Shown here: positions 1 through 14,418 of the stretch, piece after piece | Layout: every line of letters starts with the position of its first letter | How positions within the stretch are numbered: the stretch's first letter is position 1 | Assembly: GCF_009914755.1 (NCBI RefSeq) | Contig: NC_060925.1 | Length of the DNA: 64,000 nucleotides | Direction: 5' to 3' (one strand) | Source: the human T2T-CHM13v2.0 reference genome, Homo sapiens | Notes under the pieces: generated by a model | Told to the model about the DNA's origin: nothing | What the model saw: only the letters and a program-made list of their open reading frames with translations | The model's database searches: none | Translations under genes and position numbers: made by a program

Positions 1-487
1 CTGGTCCTTCATTTGCCAAGGTTCTCATAACCACACAGGTGCTCCAGACATGGCCAGACCAGCCAGGGCATGAACAGGAGGTAATCCACAGGGCAGGGGA
101 CCATGCTGCTACAAATGGGCTAGCAGTATTCAGTAAATGTTCACTCCGTGCTAGGCACTGTGGAGATGGTCAGGGATTCCCCGAGCCAAACTTCTAACCC
201 CTTTGGGAAAAGAAAACACACTCGTGTGAAAAGTTAGATGCCAATTAGGGTTTTTCCAAGTAGGATACACTTGCAAAATGAGCAATGGAAAGGAACAGAA
301 CATAGAAAATGTGACAAAACCATTTCACAGGCATTACCTTTTAAAAAGCAGGCTATTAAAATTGGGGATGACTATAGAAAACAAGTCAGAGAACAGAAAG
401 AAAAGCCATACACTAACTCATCAAGAGTGATTGTCTTTGGGTGGTGGGAATGTGGGTGATTTTTTTTTCTACTTTTCTACATTTTCC

Positions 488-792
<305 letters not shown>

Positions 793-958
793 TTCCATTA
801 TTTTCTACAACAGATTTTTATCACTCTTATTTGTTTAGTTTTTAAAAGCACTATTATTATTTTTTGTTTCAAAAGCAGTACAGGATCATTGTGAAAAAAC
901 CCAACAATTCAGATTTAAAATTTTTATTGTATAATACAGAAAGTAGAGATCCTTTTAA

Positions 959-1396
<438 letters not shown>

Positions 1397-1979
1397 TAGG
1401 CTGTTGCCTGGGTGGGCCAGAGAAGAGCTCTAGACTGCCGTGCGGTCTCCTATGGGAACTCTCTGTAGAGAAATGCTGGAGGCCCTCCCGCAGACGCACT
1501 CTTTCCTGTCCCTGCATCCTTCTAGGCAAAGCCAGTGCCATTTATGTCCTATTTGGGTCTTGTGAGTCTAACATGTGGTTGAGCCAAAGAAGACCCCCAG
1601 AGGGGGCACTGCAGGAGATAATACCAATATCTTCCTCCCCAGGATGAAAGGTTTAAATGAGATAATATACACTGAGTTGCTGTCAGAGGACGTGACAAGT
1701 GTCAGCTCCCTTCTCTCCATCCCAAAAAAGAATACCTGGTTTTGGGGTCTTCTCGTTTTTTCCTTGGTGGAGAAAGGCCTGCTTCTGGCTTCCAGTCTGA
1801 ACACTCAAGCCCTTTTTCCTTCTTCTTTGCCTTTTCTCTTTCCTCTCCTTTTTCTCCTTTTGGGGGTCCAGGGGAGTCTGAAAACAAAAGGGTGGCATTG
1901 TCCCTCAGCTAAGCTCTGTCTCAGCAGAACCCAGCATGACTTAGTGGGGAGAGAGCAAAGGGCAGGGACGAGGACAGCT

Positions 1980-2230
1980 GCACACACACTCCCAACACAC
2001 ACACAAACACATTTACACACAAATGCACAAACAACAGGAACGTGTGTACAAATACACAGTCTCACATGGGGACATTAATACATTGGCAAACACATCTCTG
2101 CACATATTAAGACAAATGTGTGCATGTAGACATGTACTATATAGACAAATGCATGAGAGCACAAACACGTAAGTGGCACATGTACACAAAACTCACAAGT
2201 CTACAAATCTTGCACTTGTGTACACAAACA
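1980..2230 (+). repeat. Degenerate CA-rich low-complexity tract
   Basis: acac/acaa/gtac-rich sequence. Confidence 0.75.
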
Positions 2231-2390
2231 TTGGCAGTCCCCCACTAGCTACCTCCCGGATCCAGAGGCCATCTGTCACTGATTAAGTCACTCAACAGAC
2301 ATACACTGAGTGCTGGCTATGAGCCAGGCCCAGTCCTGTCCCAAGTGCTAGGAGAAAAACAGGGCTCAAGACAACCTTGTCCTCTCTCAC

Positions 2391-2496
2391 CTAGCAGCCG
2401 CTTCCAGTTTTTGATAAGGACTTTGGCCAAGGACACCACCTCCTTGTCTGAGCAGTGCTTGCGGACCCCATTAACAGCAACTCCAATCCTGGTTGT
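2391..2496 (-). CDS. TCEA3: TCEA3 exon 3 (106 nt; [35 protein letters not shown]), TFIIS N-terminal domain
   Basis: Translation matches the TFIIS N-terminal (LW) domain; AG acceptor 2497-2498, GTGAG donor below 2391; gene continues beyond the left edge. Confidence 0.96.
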
Positions 2497-2664
2497 CTGC
2501 AAAGTGAGAGGGTTAAGGCATAATCTGGGAATGGATACACAGGAATGGCTGCCATCATTGGCAGATCCTGCCCCAGCTCTACCACCACCTCCCCTTCCAA
2601 CCTGGACCCCCAGAGTCCTAGCCCTGACTCCTGGCTGAGGTCAGAACCCCACTACTGTAACTAA

Positions 2665-3097
<433 letters not shown>

Positions 3098-3563
3098 TCA
3101 CTCTAGTGTCTTTGAGCTCCAGTTTCAACTGAGACAGCAGCTCCGGCTATGAGACCTTGCATCTGTCTGTGCTGATTTTTCAGGGCCAGGAGCTTTTGGT
3201 AAATCTGGGGACTTTAAGGGCTACACAGGGATTTTAAATGGGGGCTTTTCCCTCTCCCTGGATCATTGGCCTCTTGGATCCCACAGGCCCAGGGCCTTGG
3301 GAATTGGGGTATTCAAGAAAAGCGAACCAGTCTTGCTCCAAGGCCCAGAGGTCCCCTACACCTAGAAGATACCCTCTCCGCCCCCGAGATGCCCCTGTGT
3401 CCCCCTCAGTCCCTCCCTGGGAGGTCTCCACCTCAAGATCCCCTCCCCACAGGCCCCCCTCAGAAATTCCTCCCAGACTCCACCTTCCCCCACCAGGGGT
3501 CTTTCCCTCCCCCACCAGCTCTCCCCCCAGGCACTGTCCCAAGGCTTCCCACCCCCGCCCCAC

Positions 3564-3626
3564 CTGTAGTAGCTGGATGGACATCTGGCAGCTGTGCAGC
3601 TTCTTCAGAAGGTCCAGGGCCCCTTC
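3564..3626 (-). CDS. TCEA3: TCEA3 exon 2 (63 nt; EGALDLLKKLHSCQMSIQLLQ)
   Basis: cag|GAA acceptor, CAG|gtg donor; phase 0-0, joins exons 1 and 3 in frame. Confidence 0.96.
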
Positions 3627-4041
3627 CTGTGGGAGGCCACAAGGTGAGGACTGGGGCCTGGGTCCTGACCAGGCTTCTCTGACTATTGTGTGGTCTTGGT
3701 ACAGAGAGCAGGAGGATACAGACAGACATGTGGCCGAAGGACAGGCAAGGGGCAGAAGGAAGGAGAGAGACGAGAAACAATCTGTCCTAGGTGGTGCTCT
3801 AACTTCATCCCCCGCCACCTGCTGGGTTCAAACCCTCTGAGCCAGGCTCCTGACCTCCAGCCTTTGGTTCTGCTGTGCCTCTCCCCAGGAATGCCCTCCC
3901 CCTTCCCCATCTTTCCTCCCAAATGAATTCCTTCCTGGCTTATTGTTGCTCGTGTGCCTGTAGCGTCCTTCCCTTACCTCCCCACTGTGAACTTCGCAGG
4001 GTGAGGACTGGGAGCCTTTTAAAAAACAAAACAGAACAGTT

Positions 4042-5170
<1,129 letters not shown>

Positions 5171-5949
5171 GAGAACCGTTCTAATCTCTGAGAACTTAGG
5201 GCTCAGCAGAGAGTCCAGTGCTCCCTGAGTGGATGAACTTGTGCAGAACTAAAGCAGAAAGAAGGCAGGAGGCAGAAAAAGGCTTAGGTTTGAAAATCTG
5301 TGAGCTGCCAGGCCCTGGACACCCTCCGACCCATTTCAGCCTTCTCCTTTCCCCCAGCCCCTTCCTAGAAGCCATACCTGCCTGCTGTCCTGAGATCAGT
5401 TCCCTGGGGAGCACCAGCTGACGGTGTCCTGTATGTTCCTATCCTTGGCCCACAGTTCATGGTTCCAGCTGCCAATCCCCACCCTGGCAGGACCTGGACC
5501 ATGTCCTAAGAGCTGCCCTCTGTCAGTCCTTAGCCTCCCTGAGAACTTGGGTTCACAGTAGGTTTTCAGAAGCGTGACCTGCAGATGTGTGTGTATGTGA
5601 ACTTGGGGGTACACAACTCCAAGTGTAACATTAATTAAAGGCTTGCTATGTACTAGGCACTCTTCTAAGTTTTTTACCTGTATTATCTCATTTAACTTTC
5701 ACAATGGCCCTATCGGGTAGGTCCTGTGTATTATTCCCATTCTTACAGAATTATTATCCCGTGTTCACCAAAGAGCAATCCAAGAAAGAGAGAGGTTAAA
5801 TAATTTTCTCAAGGTCACATGCTTTATAAGGAGCCAAGTTGGGATTCAAACTCAGTCCTTTTGGGCTCTAACCACTATACAAATTGTGTTAGCATGGGCG
5901 CAGATCTGTCTAGACATACACAATCATGGAATATCAACATGGGTAAGTG

Positions 5950-6374
5950 CAGTGGTGTGCTGGCCAACGTTTAACAACCAGTTCTCAAGGAAAAAAAAAA
6001 AACTGACCTGTAGTGTTTGCCAATTTCTGTGGTGTAAACACTCATCCCATGGCCAATTTCAAGCTACCAACATGCTGTCACTGAACTGAAGGAAGTTTTG
6101 GGAGGAGACGTACACTACCATACCATTATATAATATTTCCACTGTACAGATAACAATAGAAGTAAATTATCTCTGACCATACATGACAGTACAATGTAGT
6201 AAAACAATCAGGAAGTGATTATTTTGGAGGATTCCTTACCTTTGTTTTTAATATAATTTATTTATTGTAAGCAGATAATGTAGTTTTTTGAAACAATTGC
6301 TGTGTTTAACCACCAGGTTGCAAAATTCCTGAAAACGCAACAATCTGTGTTAAGCCAGTTCCAGCTCTCCACTG
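5950..6374. mobile_element. MER63-like hAT DNA transposon fossil
   Basis: Imperfect terminal inverted repeats cagtggtgtgctgg ... ccagctctccactg. Confidence 0.7.
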
Positions 6375-6375
6375 G

Positions 6376-6930
6376 GTGTATGCCTCGTGTGTCACAGCTG
6401 TATAACTGGGTCATATTGGAGGAGAATAGCCATGAGCCTGGATTGTAGCTGGATAAACAAAGCCTTGTGCAAATGTTGCTGGGTGTATCTCTCTGAACAT
6501 ACAAATGGGTTCTGTAGCCAGTAGTATCTCTGGTCTAAGTGTGCAGCTGTGAATATGCAGCTCCGGGCACAGCTGTGTCTATTTGGCTTTGTGGGATGAC
6601 GCCTGTGTTATAAGATCTGAATGTATAAATGTGGCTGTTTGCTAAGTCTGTAGCATTGCATGTCTGGGTGTAGCTGTGCTGCGTGCATACGTGTGTGGCT
6701 GTCTTTGTGTATCATTCTATAACTATAATGGTCAATGTGGGTCATATGGGTCAGTATGCTTGTCATGTTGGTGTCAGTAGCCGTGTCTCATACGCAGTTA
6801 GGTTCAGTTGCTTGTTTAACTACTGTGTTGTGGCCACATGTTATAGCTATGTGTGTGTATGTAGCTGTGACCGTAGGCACTTGGTTGCATGTTTGAAGTT
6901 GCTTCTGTTAGTGCATGCTCAGAGGATGTG
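6376..6930 (+). repeat. Degenerate TG-rich low-complexity tract with recurring agctgtg
   Basis: Direct reading. Confidence 0.6.
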
Positions 6931-8229
6931 ACAAAGCCTTAAGTGGCTGAGACTTCAGCAACCGGCAGTAAACCCCGGGCCTGAGCTGCAACGTGGAGGA
7001 TCCGTCTTATTACAGGAAGTATGTCCTCCTCTGCCTAACCACTGCTGGGCGGGTCCACTTTCACTCCCAGAGCAGGCCCCACCTTTCTCGGCCAGACGCC
7101 CAGAGCTCCATGCCCACCCAGACACTGCCGAGAGCCCAGGCACAGACGTGGCTGTAAACTGGCTCCATGCTGCAGGGACCCTGCGGCCAGACTTGCATCT
7201 TTTCAGGGGACAGCTCTGGGCACTTCCACAGGAATCCATCTCCAAAAGACACCATTTCCTCTTCCCATTTCACAGAAGAGGAAACTCGAGGTCCAGAAAG
7301 GGAAGGTTGAGTGGCTTTTGCCTAGGGCCATAAAAGGAGTGAGGGGGAGGCCAGGGCAGGTCCCGTCCTCTTCAGCCAGAGCTCTATCCCAAGCAGCCTG
7401 CCTCTCCTCCGGTCTCTAGGCGTCCCCACCCTACCCCTCTTACCCAGGGGCCCAGAATTTCTTTCCTGGCCCAAGCTTGGGGGTCAGTAAGGAGCTGGGC
7501 TGGGATAACCCGTCTATTTGAACTGGAATTTGGCTCAGAATCCCTGGCTGGGCTCTGCCAACCCCAGCTGAGAAAATGCTCCCCCATGACTTGTGGCTCA
7601 GTTGTACTGAGGATTGTGGAGGAGTCTGGAACGGGGAGTGCATGGAGGTTGGGAGTGTCAGGTGAGAAGCTCCCAGCACTCTGCAGGTTTGTGCTGTATC
7701 TTTCTGTGTTGGACCTGGCTGCGTAGAAGCAGGTCTTGTTCGCCAGTTCTTAGCAAGCACAGGTCTGAGTCCTACTAAGGGCTTTACATCTCTGTCTCAT
7801 CTCTCCAATCCTCACCGCTGCCAGCAGAGACAAGAATCCAGTGACATCCCTTCTCCAGAGGCAGATAATCTCATCTCTTTCTTACAGATGAAGAAACTGA
7901 GGCTCTGGCCTTTATATGGACACCAACTCATGACTGCCCAGTGTCCACTCTAGGGCTCCCTGCCACTTCATGGTTCCAGTGACCCTTCCCTGGGCCTTGG
8001 CTACTCTTCCTGGCTCTAAAACTTCCCTTAGTGTCTCTTCCTTTCCCAGGCTCCTAAGTGTCCTGGAAATGCAGGTGGCTGCAGCACATGGCTACGGATG
8101 GTGGGAGGAAGAGGACCCTGGAACAGGAACGGGAGGTGGGAAGGGCATGCTCACCAGGCTCCCTTTTTTTCCCTCCCAGGGTGAGCGCAGGCCCTCCAGG
8201 ACCCAAGGCCAAATTTGCTCTGGCCAGGC

Positions 8230-9661
8230 GACCAGTCGGCCGCCAGCCCCAGGCAAAGATCACGGGGAAGATCAAACATTAACTTCCAGCTGGGTCTGCG
8301 CTCTGGCCAGGACCCTCCGGTAGGGCTGTCAGCCCTGCTCCCAACCTCCCGCCGAGCCCGCTCCTCCCTCCGCCCTCGCCCTCGCTGCACAGGCCTCCAG
8401 CCCGGCCCCCTTCCCCCGCCCCGCGGGCCCCCGCACCTGTTCGGCCCCCGCCCGTCCGGGCCGCACCCCAAGGCCAAGGAAAGGGAAAATTGCCAAAAGA
8501 ACCGCTCCTGACGCACCAAGCGGTGGGGTCGCAGGATCCACGGCCTTTTACTTCTCTCCCGCAGACCCACTCCGGGGTGCAGGGATGCAGCTCAGTACCC
8601 CCGTCAGCCCAAGTTTCTCTGCCACTTCTCGGGCCACCCGGATTTGCCCCCCGCCCCGCCCCCGCCATCGCCGCCGCTCCCCGGGCTTTGCACACGCCAA
8701 GCCCTGGGACTCCCAAAGTCCTTTCCCACGTCCAGCTCTCTTCGCCCGCTTTCCTGGGCCCTGCACTAGCTGCCCAGGGTGAACCCTACACGTCCAAAGG
8801 GACGTGCACAAGTCGCGCCTCCGGGACCCGCACGATCCCCCTGGCGTCCTGGGCCACGCACACGCCCACCTCGAGGTGCTCAGCAAGGGTCCCCAAGGGG
8901 CCTTGGGCCCTGCACCAGCCGCTCCTCCCTCGGGTCCCCGAGTCCCGTACGCGCCCCCATGGCGCCCCGCCAGTACGTCCCCACCCCGGAATCCGGGGCT
9001 TGCCCGCGCCTCCCGGGGGCGGGGGCCGTGGCCCAAACTCTGCAGCCTCACCGTGTTCTTCCTGGCCACCATCTTCTCCAGCTTTTTGGCGATCCTCAGC
9101 AGCTCCTCTTCCTGGCCCATGTTGGCCCGCGACGCCCGGCGGGGCGAGGGGCACAGGGGCAGCAGTAGGGCCTCGGGGGCAGGAGGCGCGAAGGCGGAGG
9201 GCGCGCAACCCGCGCGGGCCCCAAACACACACGACACACACGCCCGGCGGGGGCGGGGCTCTCCCCACCCCCACCCCCCCACCGCCCGCCTCCCAACTGT
9301 GCGGGGGAGGGGTGGCGGGCACTAAATATAGACTTCAAGGACTTGCCCGGGCACTGATTGCCCGCGCCGGCCGATCGGGCCTCAGGGGAGGGACGAGGCT
9401 GAGAGAGGGGACCCTCCAACTCCGGCCCTTCCAGGGGCGCCGGGGGACCGAAGAGAGATTTGGGAAGGAGGGCTCTCTGGCGAGCTGGGAGGCTGTGACC
9501 TGGCCACAGGCGGCGGTCGCGGCGCGGAGGGCGCCCGAGGGTGTCCCAGGGGCCCTGGGAAGCGTTCTGGGCTCCCGCGTCTCTGCACCGTTGCATCTCA
9601 AAGCGGGAGGACACAGTTCCGCGCCTATGCCCAAGTGGAGGCAACTCGGTGCGCTCGAATC

Positions 9662-9665
<4 letters not shown>
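8230..9665. promoter_or_regulatory. CpG island: TCEA3 promoter/exon 1 with GC boxes and a TATA-like element (~9323-9331)
   Basis: Visibly very GC- and CpG-rich; GGGGCGGGG boxes; surrounds the first coding exon. Confidence 0.9.
9052..9120 (-). CDS. TCEA3: TCEA3 exon 1 coding part (69 nt; MGQEEELLRIAKKLEKMVARKNT)
   Basis: Strong Kozak gccaacATGG at 9120, ACG|gtgag donor, within a CpG island; recognised TCEA3 N-terminus. Confidence 0.97.

Positions 9666-9713
<48 letters not shown>
9664..9713 (+). repeat. (GT)25 microsatellite
   Basis: Perfect dinucleotide run. Confidence 0.98.
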
Positions 9714-9717
<4 letters not shown>

Positions 9718-9939
9718 CACTAAATCCAGCTCTGCTTTAACCTGCACTCACTCCATCGTGCACACGGCCTGTGCATGCCACGTGTATCCAGGCTCCTGTT
9801 TGCCTCTGTCTACCTAAAACTTCCTTTGCTGGCTGTTTTGTTAGTAAGGCTTTGCATTTTTAACAAGCTCCTATGTGCTGGGGGTGCTGCTGGTCCCAGA
9901 ACTACACTCTCGAGTAGTGAGAGCTTATCGGGGAGATTC

Positions 9940-10519
<580 letters not shown>

Positions 10520-11676
10520 GAGATTCATTCTTAAGTGCACCAAATTTTGAGAAATATTGATCCAGGTGCAAGGCTGCCAGGTCAGGCCAGTATCCCCTCA
10601 GTGGGGTTGGGTTTGGAAGTCATCTTAGTGGAGGGGTGGAAACACAATTGTGCCTATCTTCCCCAGCCATGCAGGGATCTGCCTTCCTGTGGAATGATCT
10701 CCAATGATCTTCAAGTATCTCCTGCAGACCCAGTTCTCTTGCTAAATAAGTGAGTTTAATGGACAGAAAATGATCTTCCTGTGATGGGGGTGGGGCTCAG
10801 GAACCTGGAGGGAAGGCATGAAAAGTGGTCCACAGTGTGTGGGAGCTGGGGTTGGGGTGTCGAGTGAAATCTCCTGATTTTCCTGAGAGAACCCCATTTC
10901 AGCTTGGGTCGCAGAGGCAGCTTGGTGTGGACACCTATCTTCTAATTGCTATGTGACTGGGATCAAGGTAGGACAGAGTGGGTTTTTTTCATCCATTCAA
11001 CAAATACGTATTGAGTGTCCAAGCAATGAACAAGACAGACCCAGTCCCAGAAAGCTTGAGACTCAGTCTATGGGCAAGAGAAACCTTAAACAAAAACAGA
11101 CATAGTCAATTAATGCATTTATCATAGCTGGGGTGAAGGGCAGGAAGCAGTGGAGGATAGCTTAAGGACACATTTGAGGGGACCTGCACTATTTAGGGTG
11201 TCAACTTCTCTGAAGAAACGAAGTTTAAACTTTGGGCTGAAGTACACAGTGGCCGTTGAGGGGAGGAGGAAGAGTGTTCACGGAAGAAAGGAAGAGGCAT
11301 TCAACATATATTTATGGAGCACCTAATATGTGCCAGGTAGTTCTTGTTCTGGACATCCAGAGAGGAACAAAACAGTCCTCCCCTCTTGGAGTTCCAAATG
11401 TGCAAAGCTTAGGGATGGGAGGGTGCCTGGCCTGCCTGACAGTGTTGGAGGAACTGAAAAATTGGCGTGGCTGCAGCACAGAGGTGAGGAGTGTGGGGAG
11501 AGGCAGTGGGTGGGACCTGAGCATGCAGCGCCTGCCGGTCACATTTGGGAAGTTAGACTCTAATGGTTTGGGATTCTCTGGGAGGCCTTTTGGCCAATCC
11601 CAGCCAAGCCCTTCTGGGTTGAAGAGACTCAACCTCAGCAGCCTGAGGCTACTTAGGATTGCCTTATTAAAAAAAA

Positions 11677-11975
11677 GGCCAGGAGCAGTGGCTCATGCCT
11701 GTAATCCTAGCACTTTGGGAGGCCAAAGCAGGAGGATTGCTTGAAGCCAGGAGTTCAAGACTAGCCTGGGCAACAGAGAGAGACCTCGTCTCTACAAAAT
11801 ATTTTAAAAAGCTGGGCATGGTGGCGTGGGCCTATAGTCCCAGCTACTCGGAAGGCTGAGGCAGGAGGCTTGCCTGAGCCCAGGAGTTCAAGGTTACAGT
11901 GAGCTCTGATTGTGCCACTGTACTCCAGTATGGGAGACAGAGCCATCAAAAAAAAAAAAAAAAGAGAGAGAGAGA
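11677..11975 (+). mobile_element. Alu (J-like)
   Basis: Alu consensus. Confidence 0.92.
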
Positions 11976-12169
11976 GATTTTTCTCAAACTTCCACCCAGT
12001 CACCACCCTGAGATGCGCGACATCAAAAAAAGTTAAGACTCCTAGAATGTCAGGGTATGAAGGCCCCTAAGAAAACATGGAGTCCAACCTCTTTATTGTA
12101 TAGATGGGAAGACCGAGGCCTAAAGAGGGTGATGATTCTCTCAGGGTTGGACCCTGTTGATACCATCAT

Positions 12170-12655
12170 ATCCCCTCTGCCTACCTGTCCACCCTACAGG
12201 TCACTGGAAGATAATTCCTGGACACACCTTGGACAGCTCCCCACATTTCTCTATTTGGAGCTTTGGGGTGGTAGGAAATTGATGCCCTCAGAAAGGACAC
12301 CCCCAACCAGCAAGAAACCAGAGTTGGTGGAAAACATCATTTCTTCACTCTCGATGGGACAACCTGAAGGCATGTTCTAGTCAATACTCCTTCTCACAGG
12401 TCCCCAACAAGAGTTAGAGACAGAGTCTCGCTCTGTTGTTCAGGCTGGAGTGCAGTGGCGCCATCATGGCTCACTGCAGCCTTGAACTCCTGGGCTCAAG
12501 CAATTCTCCCACCCGAGTAGCTGGAGTATAGGTTCTCACCAACACGCACAGCTCTTTATCTTTGACTTTCTGTTTCATTTCTCTATTCCCTCATTATGCT
12601 TCCTGGGATCATTTCACAGATAAGCTACTTGCTCCCAAATCCTTGTCTCAGGGGC
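12170..12655 (+). mobile_element. LTR16-like ERVL LTR remnant with an Alu monomer insert (12415-12550)
   Basis: 3' end ctgggatcat...ctacttgctcccaaatccttgtctcaggg resembles the recalled LTR16 terminus. Confidence 0.55.
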
Positions 12656-12733
12656 AGTCAACAGAGACAGTGGCAGAGGACCATGGGAGAGCTAGAATTT
12701 CAGGTCTCCAGACTCCTAGTCCAGTGCTCTTTC

Positions 12734-12942
12734 CAGGGTTTCTCAACCTTGGCACTATTAACATTTTGGACTGGATAATGCATTGCTAGGGAGGGTTGAC
12801 CTATGCACCGTAGGATGTTTAGTAGCATCCCTGACCTTTGTCCACTAAATGCCACTAGCATCCTCCAGTTGGGAACAGTCAAAACTGTTTTCTGCTTTAT
12901 CAGAAGTTCCCCGGGGCAAAACACTGTGGTTGCAAACCACTA
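12734..12942 (+). mobile_element. MER20 (hAT-Charlie)
   Basis: cagggtttctcaaccttggcactattaacattttgga...gttgcaaaccact matches the recalled MER20 consensus. Confidence 0.85.
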
Positions 12943-13067
12943 TTCCACATCAGGCCATCTCCCTTGCCAGGTCCAGAGAAAGAATTTCAAGCCCCAAGAT
13001 TCCTTTCCCCTCCCTGTTGCTCTTTAGATCACATAAATGAAACCACTGGAAACTGACCCCCCAATCC

Positions 13068-13073
13068 TTTATT
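13068..13073 (-). terminator. ASAP3 distal poly(A) signal AATAAA
   Basis: tttatt on + strand; downstream GT/T-rich element on - strand. Confidence 0.8.
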
Positions 13074-13647
13074 AGAGATGAGTGAAATAACAAGTCTGAG
13101 ATGAATGAAACCAGACACTGGGGGCTCAAAAGACAACCCTGTTCCTGTGGGAACCACAGACCAGTCAGGTCTCCAGGGGAAACAGCACAGCCTCCCCAGC
13201 CAGGCAGCTGTGTTGGCCATTGGTGCTCTCTAGTCTCCCCTGCTTGGCTTGGCCCATTCCTGCCAGGGCCCAGCACCCAGCAACTGGCAAGTTGAGATGT
13301 TAGTGGTTGATGATGGCTTAGGTGTATCTGCTTTCTCATTGGGGCTGAGCAATGATAGAATTTCTAGGGCTGGGAAGCAGAACCCTTAAGTCTCTGCCCT
13401 CCCAATTCTATTACTCTCCCTTCTTTCTTTGCCTCTCCATTCCCTCAGACTAAAAGGCTCCTGAGTTGACCAAGAGAAAGAGAAGAGAAGTGGGCATCCA
13501 TCAACCCCGACTATTCCTTTCCTTCCTGCTAAATCAAGGACACAGGCAAATGTGGGTGCATCTGACTCTACAATTTGGCTGGGGAATATAGGAGAATGCC
13601 TAGGGAAGGCTGTGCTGTCCCTCAAAAGGAGTGACATTCAGAATATT

Positions 13648-13653
13648 TTTATT
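13648..13653 (-). terminator. Possible proximal poly(A) signal AATAAA in the ASAP3 3'UTR
   Basis: Canonical hexamer in an AT-rich patch; usage not shown. Confidence 0.4.
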
Positions 13654-14343
13654 TAACAGCCAGTACAGCATGCATGTTGACCAGCCAGAATGGATGTGAT
13701 CTGTAGACAACTGTAATGGTCATATAGGTATAAACCAGCTGAGTCCAGAGCCATGCCCTGGAATCTGACCCTGCCTATTCCCAAGCCCAACCCTTAAGAC
13801 CAGCTTTCCACCAAAGGACCACCCCTGCAGGGCCCTTGTCTTACTCGTGTGGTATCTGAAGTGCCTAACACAGGTCCAGACATAGAGTTGGAATTTAGTG
13901 AAGGAATATTAGACTAATAAATGGCTGGCTGAGAAGACAGTCCCTACTTGGCAGGGTCCCTGATCTGGAAGTCAGTGATGGAGGGCTCTCCTGCCCTTGT
14001 GAAGCCCCCAGACTGACGGGGGAAATAGAGTCTCGATCTGATGAGGGACTGAGAGTTCTGCAGCTGAAGCCAGCTCAGGAGCACTCAGATCCAGCCACAG
14101 GGCTCCCAGGCCCCTAGCGGGTAATGAGATAGGAAAGAACCGCCATCAGCCCTAACAGGGAAAGGCCATGTGTCCTTGGTAGAGGCATGGCCTGTGGCAG
14201 GAAGAAGGCCAGCTACAGAGGCACAAGGGACAGAGAGAGTGAGATCCAAGAGAACAAATGTCTCAGCTCCCCAGTTTTGTGAGCTCAAGTCCCAGCTCTG
14301 AACATTGGGGCCTAGCATGGGGCATGTGGGGGCCAGCAAGGAG

Positions 14344-14418
14344 CTAGTCTTGCAAAAGTTGCACAGAACTTGCTGGGAGACTCCCAGTCCTTGAGCCATC
14401 TCCTTCAGTGATGCCAAC
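14344..14418 (-). CDS. ASAP3: ASAP3 exon 25 coding part (VGITEGDGSRTGSLPASSVQLLQD*)
   Basis: ctgcag|GTT acceptor, TAG stop at 14344-14346; phase 0. Confidence 0.93.
   Translation of the reverse strand, partial: VGITEGDGSRTGSLPASSVQLLQD

Larger units (their letters stand above)
13050..14343 (-). other. ASAP3: ASAP3 3'UTR (3' end approximate)
   Basis: Follows the TAG stop; ends near AATAAA at 13068-13073 with GU-rich sequence downstream. Confidence 0.8.

Noticed and set aside
3234-3840. ~200-aa ORFs on both strands around TCEA3 exon 2
   Set aside because: Caused by C-/G-rich intronic composition; only the 63-nt exon has splice signals and homology
8490-9740. 416-aa + strand ORF and other long overlapping ORFs
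   Set aside because: They lie in the CpG island where stops are scarce, are Pro/Ala/Gly/Arg-rich, run through the (GT)n repeat and show no recognisable domain
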